From the NCBI GenBank assembly GCA_963720785.1, contig CAVRGQ010000009.1, positions 116,162 to 180,161 on the forward strand: a DNA stretch of 64,000 bases. Direction: 5' to 3'. Shown piece by piece: positions 47,782-57,557 of the stretch. The position numbers were made by a program, and so were the translations under genes. Numbering within the stretch: the first letter of the stretch is position 1; the number at the start of each line of letters is the position of its first letter. The notes beneath the pieces were generated by a model that saw nothing but the letters and a program-made list of their open reading frames with translations, made no database searches and was not told the DNA's origin. The stretch is from an uncultured Actinomycetes bacterium. GTDB taxonomy: Bacteria > Actinomycetota > Acidimicrobiia > IMCC26256 > DASPTH01.

Positions 47782-48201
47782 TCACTTGCCCTGCTTCGAC
47801 AGCACCGCGCGTTCGTAGCGCACGACCGCGCGTAGTTCGGCTGCCGACATGGTCTTGCCCCACGCGGGCATCGCACCCTTGCCGTTGGTCACGAACGTCA
47901 CCTGCTCCTCGACCGTCGGGAAGTCGGTGAGCAGCCGGCCGTCGGTGAACTTCGGGCCGACCCCGCCGCCGCCCGACGCGCCGTGGCAGCTCGAGCAGTA
48001 CGTGGAGTAGAGCCGTCGGCCGGTGAGGATCTCCCGGTCCTTCGCGAGCGCGCCCGTGGGCATGGGCGCATCGGACGCCCCACTCGACCCGTCCGAGCCG
48101 CCGGACCCGCCGCACGCCGAGAGCACGCCGCCCGCGGTGCCGAGCACCACAACGACGAGCAGCGCGCGGCAGAGGACGACCGGCCGACGGGGGGAGCTCA
48201 C
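47782..48201 (-). CDS. Class I c-type cytochrome lipoprotein
   Basis: Lipobox VLSAC after a hydrophobic leader. Heme site CSSCH. A distal Met candidate sits in GKGAMPAWG. Confidence 0.8.
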   Translation of the reverse strand: MSSPRRPVVLCRALLVVVVLGTAGGVLSACGGSGGSDGSSGASDAPMPTGALAKDREILTGRRLYSTYCSSCHGASGGGGVGPKFTDGRLLTDFPTVEEQVTFVTNGKGAMPAWGKTMSAAELRAVVRYERAVLSKQGK

Positions 48202-48236
48202 GATGGGTAGACACTCGCCGGCGGCGGAGAGTTCCC

Positions 48237-49277
48237 TCAGCGGGTGGAGAAGGCGATGCCCCCGGCGAAGAACTTCGACGAGAACTCCAGCGTGCGGGTC
48301 GCGCGCCCGAGGCGCGCGTCGTAGCCGAGCAGGCGACCGGACTGGTCACCGGTCGTCACGCCGACCGGTATGAGCGCGTACACGTGACGCCCACCCGCGG
48401 CGAGCGACGCGTTGCGCACCGGCGGCCAGTTGCCGGTCCCTCGCAGTTGCGACACGACCTGCGTGGTGCCGTCGGGCCCCACCCGCACCAACTGGTCCGC
48501 GCCGCGCAACAGGTAGACGTCCCCGAAGGCGACGACCGCGCCACCTACCGCGCCGTCGCCCGGCGCCAGTGCCACGTCGGTGGCCACCCGGAGCGAAGCA
48601 GTGGTGAGGCGGGTGACGTGCGCGTCGCCGAGCACCCAGATCGAGTCGCGATCCGCGGCGAGACCATGCAAGGCGCCGACAGCCGGGAGCGTGACGCTCC
48701 GCTCGACGGTCCCGGTCGCGGAATTGACGACGTGCACGACGACGCCCGCCGGGGTCTGCGCCGCACCCACGACCCGGTCGCCGGCGGCGACCACCGCACT
48801 GACGGTCGCGTCGGAGTCGGTGGTCACCCGGCGGGTCACGCGTTGCTTCGACAGGTCGTAGCTCGCGAGCTCACCCGGCGAGGGAGCGAGCCACAGCTTG
48901 CCGCGCTCGGGCGCGACGAGCGGCAGTGCCGTGCTCGCCCGGGTCCGCCCGCGCGGCGCGCGCGGAAGGCGCTCGATCGTGCTCGTCGCAGACACGTAGC
49001 TGCCGAGTTCGCCGGTGGCCGGCTCGTACATCCACACCCGCCCCGGTGCGCCCACGACCGAGCCGAACGCGGTGCCGGGCACGGGGCGGGTGCCCCGTAG
49101 AGACGGAGGTGCGGCAACCGACTTCGACCCGAACACCCAGACTTCGGGGCGGGCGGTCGCGTCCGATCCTCCCGAACCGGTGAGGTTCACCACCGCGACG
49201 ACCAACGCGCCCACGAGCGCGGCGCCGAGCAACGCCAGGACGGTCTGGCGACGGTCGAGGCCCCACCAGCGGCTCAT
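48237..49277 (-). CDS. Membrane-anchored hypothetical protein, beta-rich and possibly propeller-like
   Basis: N-terminal TM VLALLGAALVGALVVAVV followed by repetitive beta-strand-like segments. No family motif recognised. Confidence 0.45.
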   Translation of the reverse strand: MSRWWGLDRRQTVLALLGAALVGALVVAVVNLTGSGGSDATARPEVWVFGSKSVAAPPSLRGTRPVPGTAFGSVVGAPGRVWMYEPATGELGSYVSATSTIERLPRAPRGRTRASTALPLVAPERGKLWLAPSPGELASYDLSKQRVTRRVTTDSDATVSAVVAAGDRVVGAAQTPAGVVVHVVNSATGTVERSVTLPAVGALHGLAADRDSIWVLGDAHVTRLTTASLRVATDVALAPGDGAVGGAVVAFGDVYLLRGADQLVRVGPDGTTQVVSQLRGTGNWPPVRNASLAAGGRHVYALIPVGVTTGDQSGRLLGYDARLGRATRTLEFSSKFFAGGIAFSTR

Positions 49278-49303
49278 CGCCCGCTTGCCACCTGCGTGTC
49301 GGG

Positions 49304-49834
49304 ATGCACAAGACTGGTCTAGTGGGCAGGCAACTGATCCGGGGTATCGCCCTTCTCGTCGTCGCCATGGTCGCCACCGGCGCGCTCGGCTCCACCGCGG
49401 TCGCGGCCGAGACGGGGACCGACCACGACCGCCACCCCAAGCAGACCGCCGAAGAGGTGTGCGAGCCGATGGTGCGCGATGCCGTGATCGCGGCCGCCGG
49501 GCGCAAGCTGGTGAAGCCCCGCACCGAGGTCTGGGACGGCAACACCTTCGCCTGCACCTACGACTTCGGGGCGCAGGGCAGGATCACGGTGACCGTCGAG
49601 GTGATGGCCGACCACGCCGCCGCCCGCAAGGAGTTCGCGGCGCGGCGCGCATCCGCGCCGAAGCGGGTGACGCTCTTCGGCATGGGCCAGGGGGCATTCC
49701 GCTCCGGCCAGACGCAGATCGTGGCCCGCAAGGACCGGTTCCTCCTCACCGTCGACGGCGGTGATCTCACTCGGGCGGTCAACCCCTCGGCCACCACCTG
49801 GTCCGCGACGCGCGCCGTGTTCGACTGCTGGTAG
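49304..49834 (+). CDS. Secreted hypothetical protein
   Basis: Signal-peptide-like LIRGIALLVVAMVATGALGSTAVAAE. Three Cys in the mature part. Confidence 0.45.
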   Translation: MHKTGLVGRQLIRGIALLVVAMVATGALGSTAVAAETGTDHDRHPKQTAEEVCEPMVRDAVIAAAGRKLVKPRTEVWDGNTFACTYDFGAQGRITVTVEVMADHAAARKEFAARRASAPKRVTLFGMGQGAFRSGQTQIVARKDRFLLTVDGGDLTRAVNPSATTWSATRAVFDCW

Positions 49835-49844
49835 ACCGGCGGAC

Positions 49845-50600
49845 ATGAGCAGTCGATTCACCGACAAGGTCGTCGTCGTGACCGGCGCGGGCAACGGCCT
49901 CGGCCTGGTTTACGCTCAGGGGTTCGCCGCGGAGGGCGCGCACGTGGTGCTCGCCGACATCGACGGCACCACCGCCGAAGCAGCTGCCGCGACCATCGTC
50001 GCGGGCGGCGGTCAGGCGATCGGCACGCGCACCGACGTCGCCGACGAGGAGTCGGTGCGGGCGATGGTCACCGCGGCCGTCGACGCGTTCGGCGGGGTCG
50101 ACGTGCTGGTCAACAACGCGGGGTTGCACCTCGGGAAGTACAACTCGACCCTCGACCTGTCGATCGACGACTGGCGGCGCATCTTCGACGTCAACGTGCT
50201 CGGCGCAGTGATCTGCGCGCGCGAGTGCCGCCCGTCGATGGCCGCACGGGGTGGCGGGGTGATCATGAACCAGGCGTCGGTCGCCGCGTGGGTGCACGCG
50301 GCCGGGTCGTACGGCGCAACCAAGCTCGCGCTCACGAGCGTCACCATGTCGTTGGCCACCGAACTCGCCGCCGACGGCATCCGCGTGTTCGCGGTGGCGC
50401 CGGGTGCGTTCATGTCGGAGGCGGTGCAGGCCGGGCTCGAACCCCACAACAAGGAGCTCGTGCTCGCCGGGCAGCTCACCAAGGAGCTGGGCACCCCCGA
50501 CGACCTCGTGCCGTTCGTGCTGTTCCTCTGCTCCGACGAGGGTCGGTACGCGAACGCAGCCACCTACCCGTTCGACGCGGGCTTCTCCAAGCGCATCTGA
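49845..50600 (+). CDS. SDR family oxidoreductase
   Basis: KVVVVTGAGNGLGLVYA, NNAG, YGATKLAL. ATG at 49845 (residue 29 of ORF 49761-50600). Confidence 0.85.
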   Translation: MSSRFTDKVVVVTGAGNGLGLVYAQGFAAEGAHVVLADIDGTTAEAAAATIVAGGGQAIGTRTDVADEESVRAMVTAAVDAFGGVDVLVNNAGLHLGKYNSTLDLSIDDWRRIFDVNVLGAVICARECRPSMAARGGGVIMNQASVAAWVHAAGSYGATKLALTSVTMSLATELAADGIRVFAVAPGAFMSEAVQAGLEPHNKELVLAGQLTKELGTPDDLVPFVLFLCSDEGRYANAATYPFDAGFSKRI

Positions 50601-50727
50601 GCAGACCGCCCCGGGTCGTTGGTCAGGCGGTGACCGGCATTCGTTGACATGGGCGGACCTCCCGTCGGACGGACGTGCTGACCTTCGGCACTGTCCGGGC
50701 GCCGGCGGATCACCGGACACTGGAGTC

Positions 50728-51432
50728 GTGGTGCGTTGGCCGGAACGAGATGTCGGCCCGCTTGCCGGCGGTGCCCGAGCACTCCGTCACCGACGGGTCT
50801 GGACCCTGGTGACCGCCGTCGAGGTGGTGCTCGCCACCGCCGCCGTGGTCTCCGATCTGATCGTCCCCACGCTCGTCCTGGCGGCGATGGCCGGGGGCTC
50901 CCTCGCCGTGCGGCACGTCGGCCCGGCGTCCCTGGGGTTCCGCCGGCCGCGCGATCGTCATCTCGTCGTGAAGATGCTGGCCTTCGCTTCGCTGTGGTCG
51001 GTCGTGCAGCTCGCGATCACCATGCCGATCGCGAACCACGTGTCGGGACACGAGCAGGACCTGCACCAGTTCGCGGACCTGGAGGGCAACGTCGGACTGC
51101 TGGTCGGGCTGCTCGCGCTCAGCTGGACCCTCGCCGCAGTCGGCGAGGAGTTCGCCTATCGGGGCTACCTCCTGACGCGCATGCGTCAGCTGTTCGGCCC
51201 CGGACGAGTCGCCGCCTTCACCGCGGTGGTGCTGTCATCGCTCCTGTTCGGCATCGCGCACACGGAACAGGGCGTGGTAGGCGTGGCGATCGTCACGCTC
51301 GACGCCATCGCCTTCTGCTTCGTGCGCTACCACTACCGGACGGTCTGGGCCGCGGTGCTCGCCCACGGCTTCAACAACACGATCGGCTTCGTCACCTTCT
51401 TCCTGATCGGCCCCGTGTACGGGCTCTGGTGA
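50728..51432 (+). CDS. CPBP family intramembrane glutamic endopeptidase (CAAX protease-like). Start uncertain.
   Basis: Motifs GEEFAYRGYL, FGIAH, HGFNN. Confidence 0.75.
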   Translation: MVRWPERDVGPLAGGARALRHRRVWTLVTAVEVVLATAAVVSDLIVPTLVLAAMAGGSLAVRHVGPASLGFRRPRDRHLVVKMLAFASLWSVVQLAITMPIANHVSGHEQDLHQFADLEGNVGLLVGLLALSWTLAAVGEEFAYRGYLLTRMRQLFGPGRVAAFTAVVLSSLLFGIAHTEQGVVGVAIVTLDAIAFCFVRYHYRTVWAAVLAHGFNNTIGFVTFFLIGPVYGLW

Positions 51433-51472
51433 GGTCGACCGGCCACGCGGCCGGCCGCGCAACCGATCTAGG

Positions 51473-51906
51473 GTGCCCGGCGTGAAGGAGCCACAGCACA
51501 CGTACCAGCCCGAGGACATGGCGGTCGTCCTCATGGAGGACGGACACGCCGAGGCCCACTGGACCCCGTCCGCGAAGTGGGGCAACCCGGTGGGCAACGT
51601 CCACGGCGGGTACGTCGGCGTGCTCGTCGACGACGTCGCCGGGATGGCGATCTTCTCGCTCGCCGGCGGCTCCGCCCCCACCGTGACATTGCAGGTCGAC
51701 TACCTGCACCAGATGCCCGTGGGCCTCACCTACCGAGCGGTCGGTGAGATCGTGCGTGTCGGGAAGGCCACCGCCATCGTCGACGTGCACGTGTACGACC
51801 CCGACGAGCAACTCGTCGCGCGGGCAAGTGCTACTTCCAGATGCCCAGCGCCTGGCGCGACCAGAAAGAACGCGAGAAGAACGAAAAGAAGGAGCGCACG
51901 CAATGA
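51473..51906 (+). CDS. PaaI/4HBT hot-dog thioesterase. Frame broken at the G-run near 51822. The start may be the ATG at 51518.
   Basis: GNVHGGYVGVLVDDVAG, GEIVRVGKATAIVDVHV. With one added G the tail reads ARGKCYFQMPSAWRDQKEREKNEKKERTQ and its stop forms ATGA with the next gene. Confidence 0.7.
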
Positions 51907-52394
51907 CCGACCCGAACCAGGAGCTGCTCGACCACGTCGGGGTGACCCGGCTGCAGCAGGCCTACGCCGATCTCGCCACTCGCCGTGCGTGGGGCGAGCT
52001 CGACCAACTGTTCCTCCCCGACGCGCGCATCGTGATCGCGGTGGGCGGTGGCGACACGATCGAGTGCGACGGTCCGGAGCCGTTTGCCGCATTCGTGGGC
52101 CCGTCGGTCGACCAGTTCGACTTCTTCGAGTTCGTGATCCTCAACACGCGGATCGAGACGGCCTTCGCCGGCGACCCGGACGCCGCGGCCGCCCGCATGT
52201 GGATGGCCGAGCTGCGCCAGTGGGCCGACTCGGGCCGCTGGAGCGTCGCGTACGGGCTCTACCAGGACGTCTACCGCCGCGTGGACGGCCGGTGGTGGTT
52301 CGCGCAGCGCGACTACCAGTCGCTGGCCCGCACCTCGCTCGACGGGCCCCGCGCGCTCGAGCACTTTCCCTTCCCCCAGCAGTACAAGTTCTGA
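51903..52394 (+). CDS. SnoaL-like / NTF2 superfamily protein
   Basis: AAGGAG lies 8 nt before the ATG at 51903. VTRLQQAYADLATRRAWGELDQLFLPDARI ... VDGRWWFAQRDY. Confidence 0.6.
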   Translation: MTDPNQELLDHVGVTRLQQAYADLATRRAWGELDQLFLPDARIVIAVGGGDTIECDGPEPFAAFVGPSVDQFDFFEFVILNTRIETAFAGDPDAAAARMWMAELRQWADSGRWSVAYGLYQDVYRRVDGRWWFAQRDYQSLARTSLDGPRALEHFPFPQQYKF

Positions 52395-52405
52395 GGAGCA
52401 TCGTC

Positions 52406-53302
52406 GTGCAGGATTTCACCGGGAAGGTCGCGGTCGTCACCGGCACCGCCAACCCCCGCGGCATCGGCCTCGCCGTGTGCCGTCGCCTCGCCCAGGAGGG
52501 CGCGAGCGTGGTGCTCACCGACCTCGACGGCGACGGCGCCGAGGTGCGCGCCGCGGAGCTGCGCGCCGAGGGGTACGACGCTGCCGCGTTCCAGGCCGAC
52601 TTCGGTGACTACGCGTCGGTCACCGCGCTCGCCGACGCGGTGTACGCGCGCTACGGCAAGGTGCACGTCATCCACGTGAACCACATGGCGCCAACCGGCC
52701 TGCCCGGGCACGGGCTGCTCAACCCCGACCCCGACGCGTGGGACGTCACCGTGCGGGTCAACCTCCTCGGCGCGGTGTACGGCATCAAGGCGTTCGTGCC
52801 CCGCATGATCGCGGGCGGCGAGCACGGCCACGTGCTGGTCACGTCGTCGGGTGCGGGCAACACCGGCACCATGTACGGCAACGCCCCCTACTCCGTCACC
52901 AAGTGCGCCCAGGTGAGCCTGATGGAGTGCCTGCACGGCCAGTTGCGCGACGCCAACGCCGACATCGTCGCCACGGTGGTGTTCCCGGGTGTCACCGCCA
53001 CCATGGCCACCGACGAACTGGCCCAGGGCACCGAGGCGCTGATCCGCGCCACCGCGTTCCCGGGGGTGGTGCTGATGACACCCCAGAACGTGGCGCAGTA
53101 CACCTACGAGGCGATCTGCAACGACACGTTCTGGGCCCATCCCACGATCGAGGACGACGAACGCCTCACCGGCGGCACGCAGGCGGCCACCATCGACTGG
53201 GAGCACGACCTCTGGCGCACCCGTCTCGAAGTCATGATCGCGCGCTCCGACCCCGAGCCGTACCTGTGGGGCCCGCCGAGCGCCGTCCTCGGGCCGTCCT
53301 AG
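52406..53302 (+). CDS. SDR family oxidoreductase
   Basis: KVAVVTGTANPRGIGLAV, YSVTKCAQ. GAGGAG lies 7 nt before the GTG at 52406. Confidence 0.8.
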   Translation: MQDFTGKVAVVTGTANPRGIGLAVCRRLAQEGASVVLTDLDGDGAEVRAAELRAEGYDAAAFQADFGDYASVTALADAVYARYGKVHVIHVNHMAPTGLPGHGLLNPDPDAWDVTVRVNLLGAVYGIKAFVPRMIAGGEHGHVLVTSSGAGNTGTMYGNAPYSVTKCAQVSLMECLHGQLRDANADIVATVVFPGVTATMATDELAQGTEALIRATAFPGVVLMTPQNVAQYTYEAICNDTFWAHPTIEDDERLTGGTQAATIDWEHDLWRTRLEVMIARSDPEPYLWGPPSAVLGPS

Positions 53303-53312
53303 GCTCGTCGAT

Positions 53313-55021
53313 ATGACTCAGGCTGGCGATCTCCTCATCCAGGGCGGCACCGTGGTCGACGGCACGGGCGCGCCCGCGGTCGTCGCCGACGTACGGGTGC
53401 GCGGCGGCAAGATCGTGGAGGTGGGGCCCGGCCTCGCCCCCGACGGCGAGGAAGTGCTCGACGCGTCCGGCGCGCTGGTCACGCCGGGCTTCATCGACCA
53501 GCACACCCACCTCGACCCGTACGCCTTCTTCGACCCCGCGTGCGACCCGCAGCCGCAACACGGCGTGACCACCGCGATGGTGGGCAACTGCTCGCTGTCG
53601 CTGTTCCCCGTGAACGACGAACGACGCGACGACATCGCCGACATGTTCGCCTTCGTCGAGGACGTGCCCACCGACATCCTCACCAACTCGGTGCCGTGGA
53701 CCTGGACCGACTACGCGGGCTACCGCGACGCGCTGGTCGACACCGGCCTCGGCCTCAACTTTGCCGCGTTGATGGGCCACTCGCCGCTCCGCGTCGTGGT
53801 GATGGGCGACGCCGCGTGGGAGCGCCCGGCCAACGCCGAGGAGCGCGGGCGATGGCTGCGATCCTCGCCGAGGCGTTGCAGCAGGGTGCGTTCGGTTTGT
53901 CGACGTCGTTCTTCGACGAGGACCGTCAGGGCCGCCCGGTGCCGTCGCGCAACGCGGATCGGGCCGAGTTCGCCGCACTGCTCGACGTGATCGCCGAGCA
54001 CGGCCGCGGCTTCGTGGAGTTCGTGCCCAACCTCACCGGCGAGGCACCCGAGGTGGAGATGCGCATGCTCGCCGAGCTCTGTGGCGAGCGGAACATCCCG
54101 CTCACCTGGACCGGTTTCGCGGTGACCGACGGGCCCCGCCCCCACCGCCACCGACCGTTGGCTGGAACTCGCCCGCACCCTCCGCAGCGAGGGCGCGCCG
54201 ATGATCCCGCAGCTGTCACCGCGCACCGTCGACTTCCGCATCAACTGGGACAGCTCGATGATGTTCATGCCGTTCGTGCAGGGCTGGGCCAAGCTCATCC
54301 AGGCCCAGGGCGCGGATGCGAAGCTTGCGCTGGTGAACGACGCCGAGTGGCGCACCGCGGCGCGCGAGGAGTGGGACCGCATCGACAAGGCGATGTTCCC
54401 CAACACACGCATCGACGTGGTGAAGATCGTCGAGGTGCACAACGCCGCCGACGAGGAGTGGCTGGGCAAGAGCCTCGCCGACGTCGTCGCCGCGCGTGGC
54501 GGGCACCCGTCCGATGTGCTCGCCGATCTCGTCGCGCGACAACGGCGGGTATCCCGGCGTGGTCGTGCAGGGCATCGCCAACAGCGACGCCGACAAGGTG
54601 GCTGCGGTGCTCGGGGATCCCGACGTCGTGATCAGCTCGTCCGACGCGGGCGCGCACGTGCAGATGCTCTGCGCGTCCGGCGACAGCACGCTGCTGCTCA
54701 CCCGCCACGTGCGCGAGCGCGGCGACTTCACCCTGGAGCGCGCGATCCACGAGCTCACCGGCCGCCAGGCGGAGCTGTTCGGGTTCCGCGACCGCGGCAC
54801 GATCACTCCCGGGCTCGCCGGCGACTTCGCGGTGTTCGCGCTCGACGATCTCCACTGGGACGTCGAGGAGTTCGTCGCCGACCTGCCCGGCGGCGCGCTG
54901 CGCTTCCGTCGCCCCGAGGGCGGCTACCGGGCGACCATCGTCGAACGGCCAGGTCGTGCAGCGCGACGGCAAGCTCACCGGGGTGCTGCCCGGCCAGGTG
55001 CTCGACGTCAACGCCGGCTGA
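53313..55021 (+). pseudogene. D-aminoacylase family amidohydrolase with four frame breaks (near 53843, 54135, 54533, 54940)
   Basis: Pieces from four ORF-track frames join colinearly with the intact paralog: LLIQGGTVVDGTG..GFIDQHTHLD / AILAEALQQGAFGLSTSFFDE / WLELARTLRSEGAPMIPQLSPR / GIANSDADKV..SSSDAGAHV / GQVVQRDGKLTGVLPGQVL, stop at 55019-55021. Confidence 0.75.
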
Positions 55022-55030
55022 CCCTCGCGC

Positions 55031-56082
55031 TCAGCCCTTCGCGTACTCCGCCACGATCGGCGCGAGCTCGGTGGGGTTGGCGCCGTGCATGATCACGCCG
55101 TCGCAGCCGAGGGCGAACTGGTTGCGGATCGCGGCGACGCACTGCGCGGGTGAGCCGGCGGCCATCGGCGCCAGCCACTCGTCGGGGATGAGCGTCTGGA
55201 AGTGCTCGAGCTGCTCGGTGGTGGCGACCCCGTCGATGGCGCCCTGGAAGTTGGCGAACATCTCGTCGGCCTTCAGGCGGTCCATCGCCGCCTGGTCCCA
55301 CCCGTTCACGTCGACGAGCAACTGGCCGTACCCCTGCATGTAGGTGACGAGGCGGCCGACCGTCTTCTTGATGCGGAGGTCGTAGGGGATGTGGTCGCCG
55401 ACCGTGGCGAAGCACGACCACACCTTCACCGAGTCGGGGTCGCGCCCGGCCTGCTCGGCCGACTCCTTGACGATGCGCACGGCCTTGGCGGTGTACTCGT
55501 CGCTGAAGAACGTGTGCAGCACGACCTGGTCGAACACGCGGCCGCCGAGGGCGAGCGACTTCGGACCGATGGCCACGAAGCCGAGGTCGATCTGTGCGGG
55601 CTCGATGTCGCGATGGCGAGGTAGGGCCACTTCCCCGCGGGGCCGTCGTGGCCGAGGATCATCTCGCCCGCGAACATCCGGCGCATGATGCCGGCAAAGT
55701 CCTCGAGTTGCGCGTTGGTGATGTGCGGGAGGCCCATGGCGTCGAACATCCGGTCGAAGCCGCGCCCGAGCCCGAGGGTGAAGCGACCACCCGTGAGGCT
55801 GTGCATCGTGTTCGCGTAGGCCGCGGTGATCTGCGGGTGGCGGGTGTTGTGGTTGGTGGCCGCGGTCGCGATGCGGATGCGCTCGGTCACCGCGCCCGCC
55901 GCGCCGGACACGGTGGCCGCCTCCTTGTAGGCGAGACGCTCGGAGATGAACCCGAAGCCGAGGCCCATCTCGTCGGCGGTGCGCATCTCGTCGACCACCG
56001 CACGGGTGGAGGGCGGCGCGCCGGCCAAGGTGTAGAAGCCCAACTCTGGGAAGGCGGGCTCGGGGAAGGCGGGTTCGCTCAC
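55031..56082 (-). CDS. LLM-class flavin/F420-dependent oxidoreductase. Frame broken near 55625-55640.
   Basis: ELGFYTLAG..GFGFISERL..IATAATNHNTRHP..FTLGLGRG (55426-56517 frame) joins IDLGFVAIGPKSLALGG...GCDGVIMHG (55031-57088 frame). GTG at 56082. Confidence 0.7.
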
Positions 56083-56164
56083 GGTGTGCTCCTGGTCGTG
56101 AAGGTCGCCCGAGGCTACGTCGTCGCCGCACGCGGTACGGTCCTCCGGTCGAAGGGGGAACGTG

Positions 56165-57553
56165 ATGAGTGACCTGACTGCGGAAGCCGTGGACGAGGCG
56201 GCCCGGTACGAGCAGCAAGCAGCCGGGGTGCGGGCCTGGATCGAGGCCGAGCTGGGCGCCGTGATCACCATGGAGCGCCAGGCCCGGTGGCGCCCGGCGT
56301 GGTTCGCCACCGTGCAACGCCCCGACGGCACCGAGCTCCCGCTGTACGTGCGCGGCGCCCGCGAGGGGGTGGCCAACCTCTCCGCCCTGCTCGAGGAGGC
56401 CGGCATGTTGCAGGTGCTCGAGGCACACGGAATCCCCGTCCCCCACGTGTACGGCATGGTCGACGAGCCCGAGGCGATCGTGATGGACGCGCTCCCGGGG
56501 CGGGCGAACCTCGGCACCGCCGAGACCGAGGCCGAGCAACGTGCGGTGCTCGACCACTACATCGAGATCCTCACGCGGGTGCACGCGATCGACCCGGCGG
56601 CATTCGTGGCCGCCGGTCTCCGGCTCCCCGAGGGCCCGGCCGACGTCGCCCTCAACATGTTCGACCGCTTCGAGAAGGTCTACCGCAACGAGAAGCAGGC
56701 GCCGGCGCCCCTCCTCGAGTTCGGCATCCAGTGGGTGCGACGCAACGTGCTCACCCACCGCAGCCAGGCGCGGTTCGTCACGTGCGACTCCGCGCAGTTC
56801 ATGTTCGACGACGGCCGCGTCACCGGGCTGATCGACCTCGAGAACGGCTACCTCGGCGACCCGCTCCAGGATCTCGCGTCGTTCCGCATGCGCGACATGA
56901 CCGAGCCGCTCGGCGACGTGATCGCAGGGATGCTCCGCTACGAGGAGCTCACCGGGGAAGCGCTCGACGTCGGGGCGATCGACTATCACCTCGCGCAGTG
57001 GTCGCTGTGCACGCCGATGACGCTCAACGCCATGGTGCAGGGTGCGCCGCCCCTCCCCGAGCTCATGCAGTACTTCGAGTGGTTCCACCAGTACACGTTC
57101 ACCGCACTGGAGGCGATCGCCAACATCACCGGCACCGAAGTCCCCACGGTGACGTTGTCGGAACCCGCGCCGTCACGCGATGCAGTGGTGCACGCGGCGT
57201 TGGCCGGCACGATCCGCTCCCTCACCGCCGACGACGCGGTCGAGCAGTTCCGCCGCGACTCCACCGCGGCGATGGCCGACTACCTGGAGCGCGTCGACCA
57301 CTACGGCGCGGCCGTCGCCGCCGCCGACCTCGACGACGTCGAAGCGCTCCTCGGCACCCGTCCGGCCGACTGGGCGGCGAGCGATGCGGCGCTGGAGGAG
57401 TTCGTGCTCGGCGCCGGCCCGGAGCACGACGCGGCGCTGCTGCAGCTCTTCCTGCGGTCGACGTTGCGCCGCCTGCTGTTGATGGAGCCGGTGCTCACGC
57501 GGGGCGCGGTGTCGCGTCTCGAGCCATTGGCCCAGTTGTTGGGGAGGGCCTAG
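56165..57553 (+). CDS. Phosphotransferase (APH / kinase-like fold) family protein
   Basis: FVTCDSAQFMFDDGRVTGLIDLENGYLGDPLQDLA (catalytic and DxD-like region). Confidence 0.7.
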   Translation: MSDLTAEAVDEAARYEQQAAGVRAWIEAELGAVITMERQARWRPAWFATVQRPDGTELPLYVRGAREGVANLSALLEEAGMLQVLEAHGIPVPHVYGMVDEPEAIVMDALPGRANLGTAETEAEQRAVLDHYIEILTRVHAIDPAAFVAAGLRLPEGPADVALNMFDRFEKVYRNEKQAPAPLLEFGIQWVRRNVLTHRSQARFVTCDSAQFMFDDGRVTGLIDLENGYLGDPLQDLASFRMRDMTEPLGDVIAGMLRYEELTGEALDVGAIDYHLAQWSLCTPMTLNAMVQGAPPLPELMQYFEWFHQYTFTALEAIANITGTEVPTVTLSEPAPSRDAVVHAALAGTIRSLTADDAVEQFRRDSTAAMADYLERVDHYGAAVAAADLDDVEALLGTRPADWAASDAALEEFVLGAGPEHDAALLQLFLRSTLRRLLLMEPVLTRGAVSRLEPLAQLLGRA

Positions 57554-57557
57554 CCGA

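Noticed and set aside
56046-56075. Imperfect 15 nt tandem repeat encoding EPAFP-EPAFP at the N-terminus of the LLM gene, and the PT repeats at about 61830-61870.
   Set aside because: These are short low-complexity coding repeats with no independent structure. They are noted only as slippage-prone sequence.
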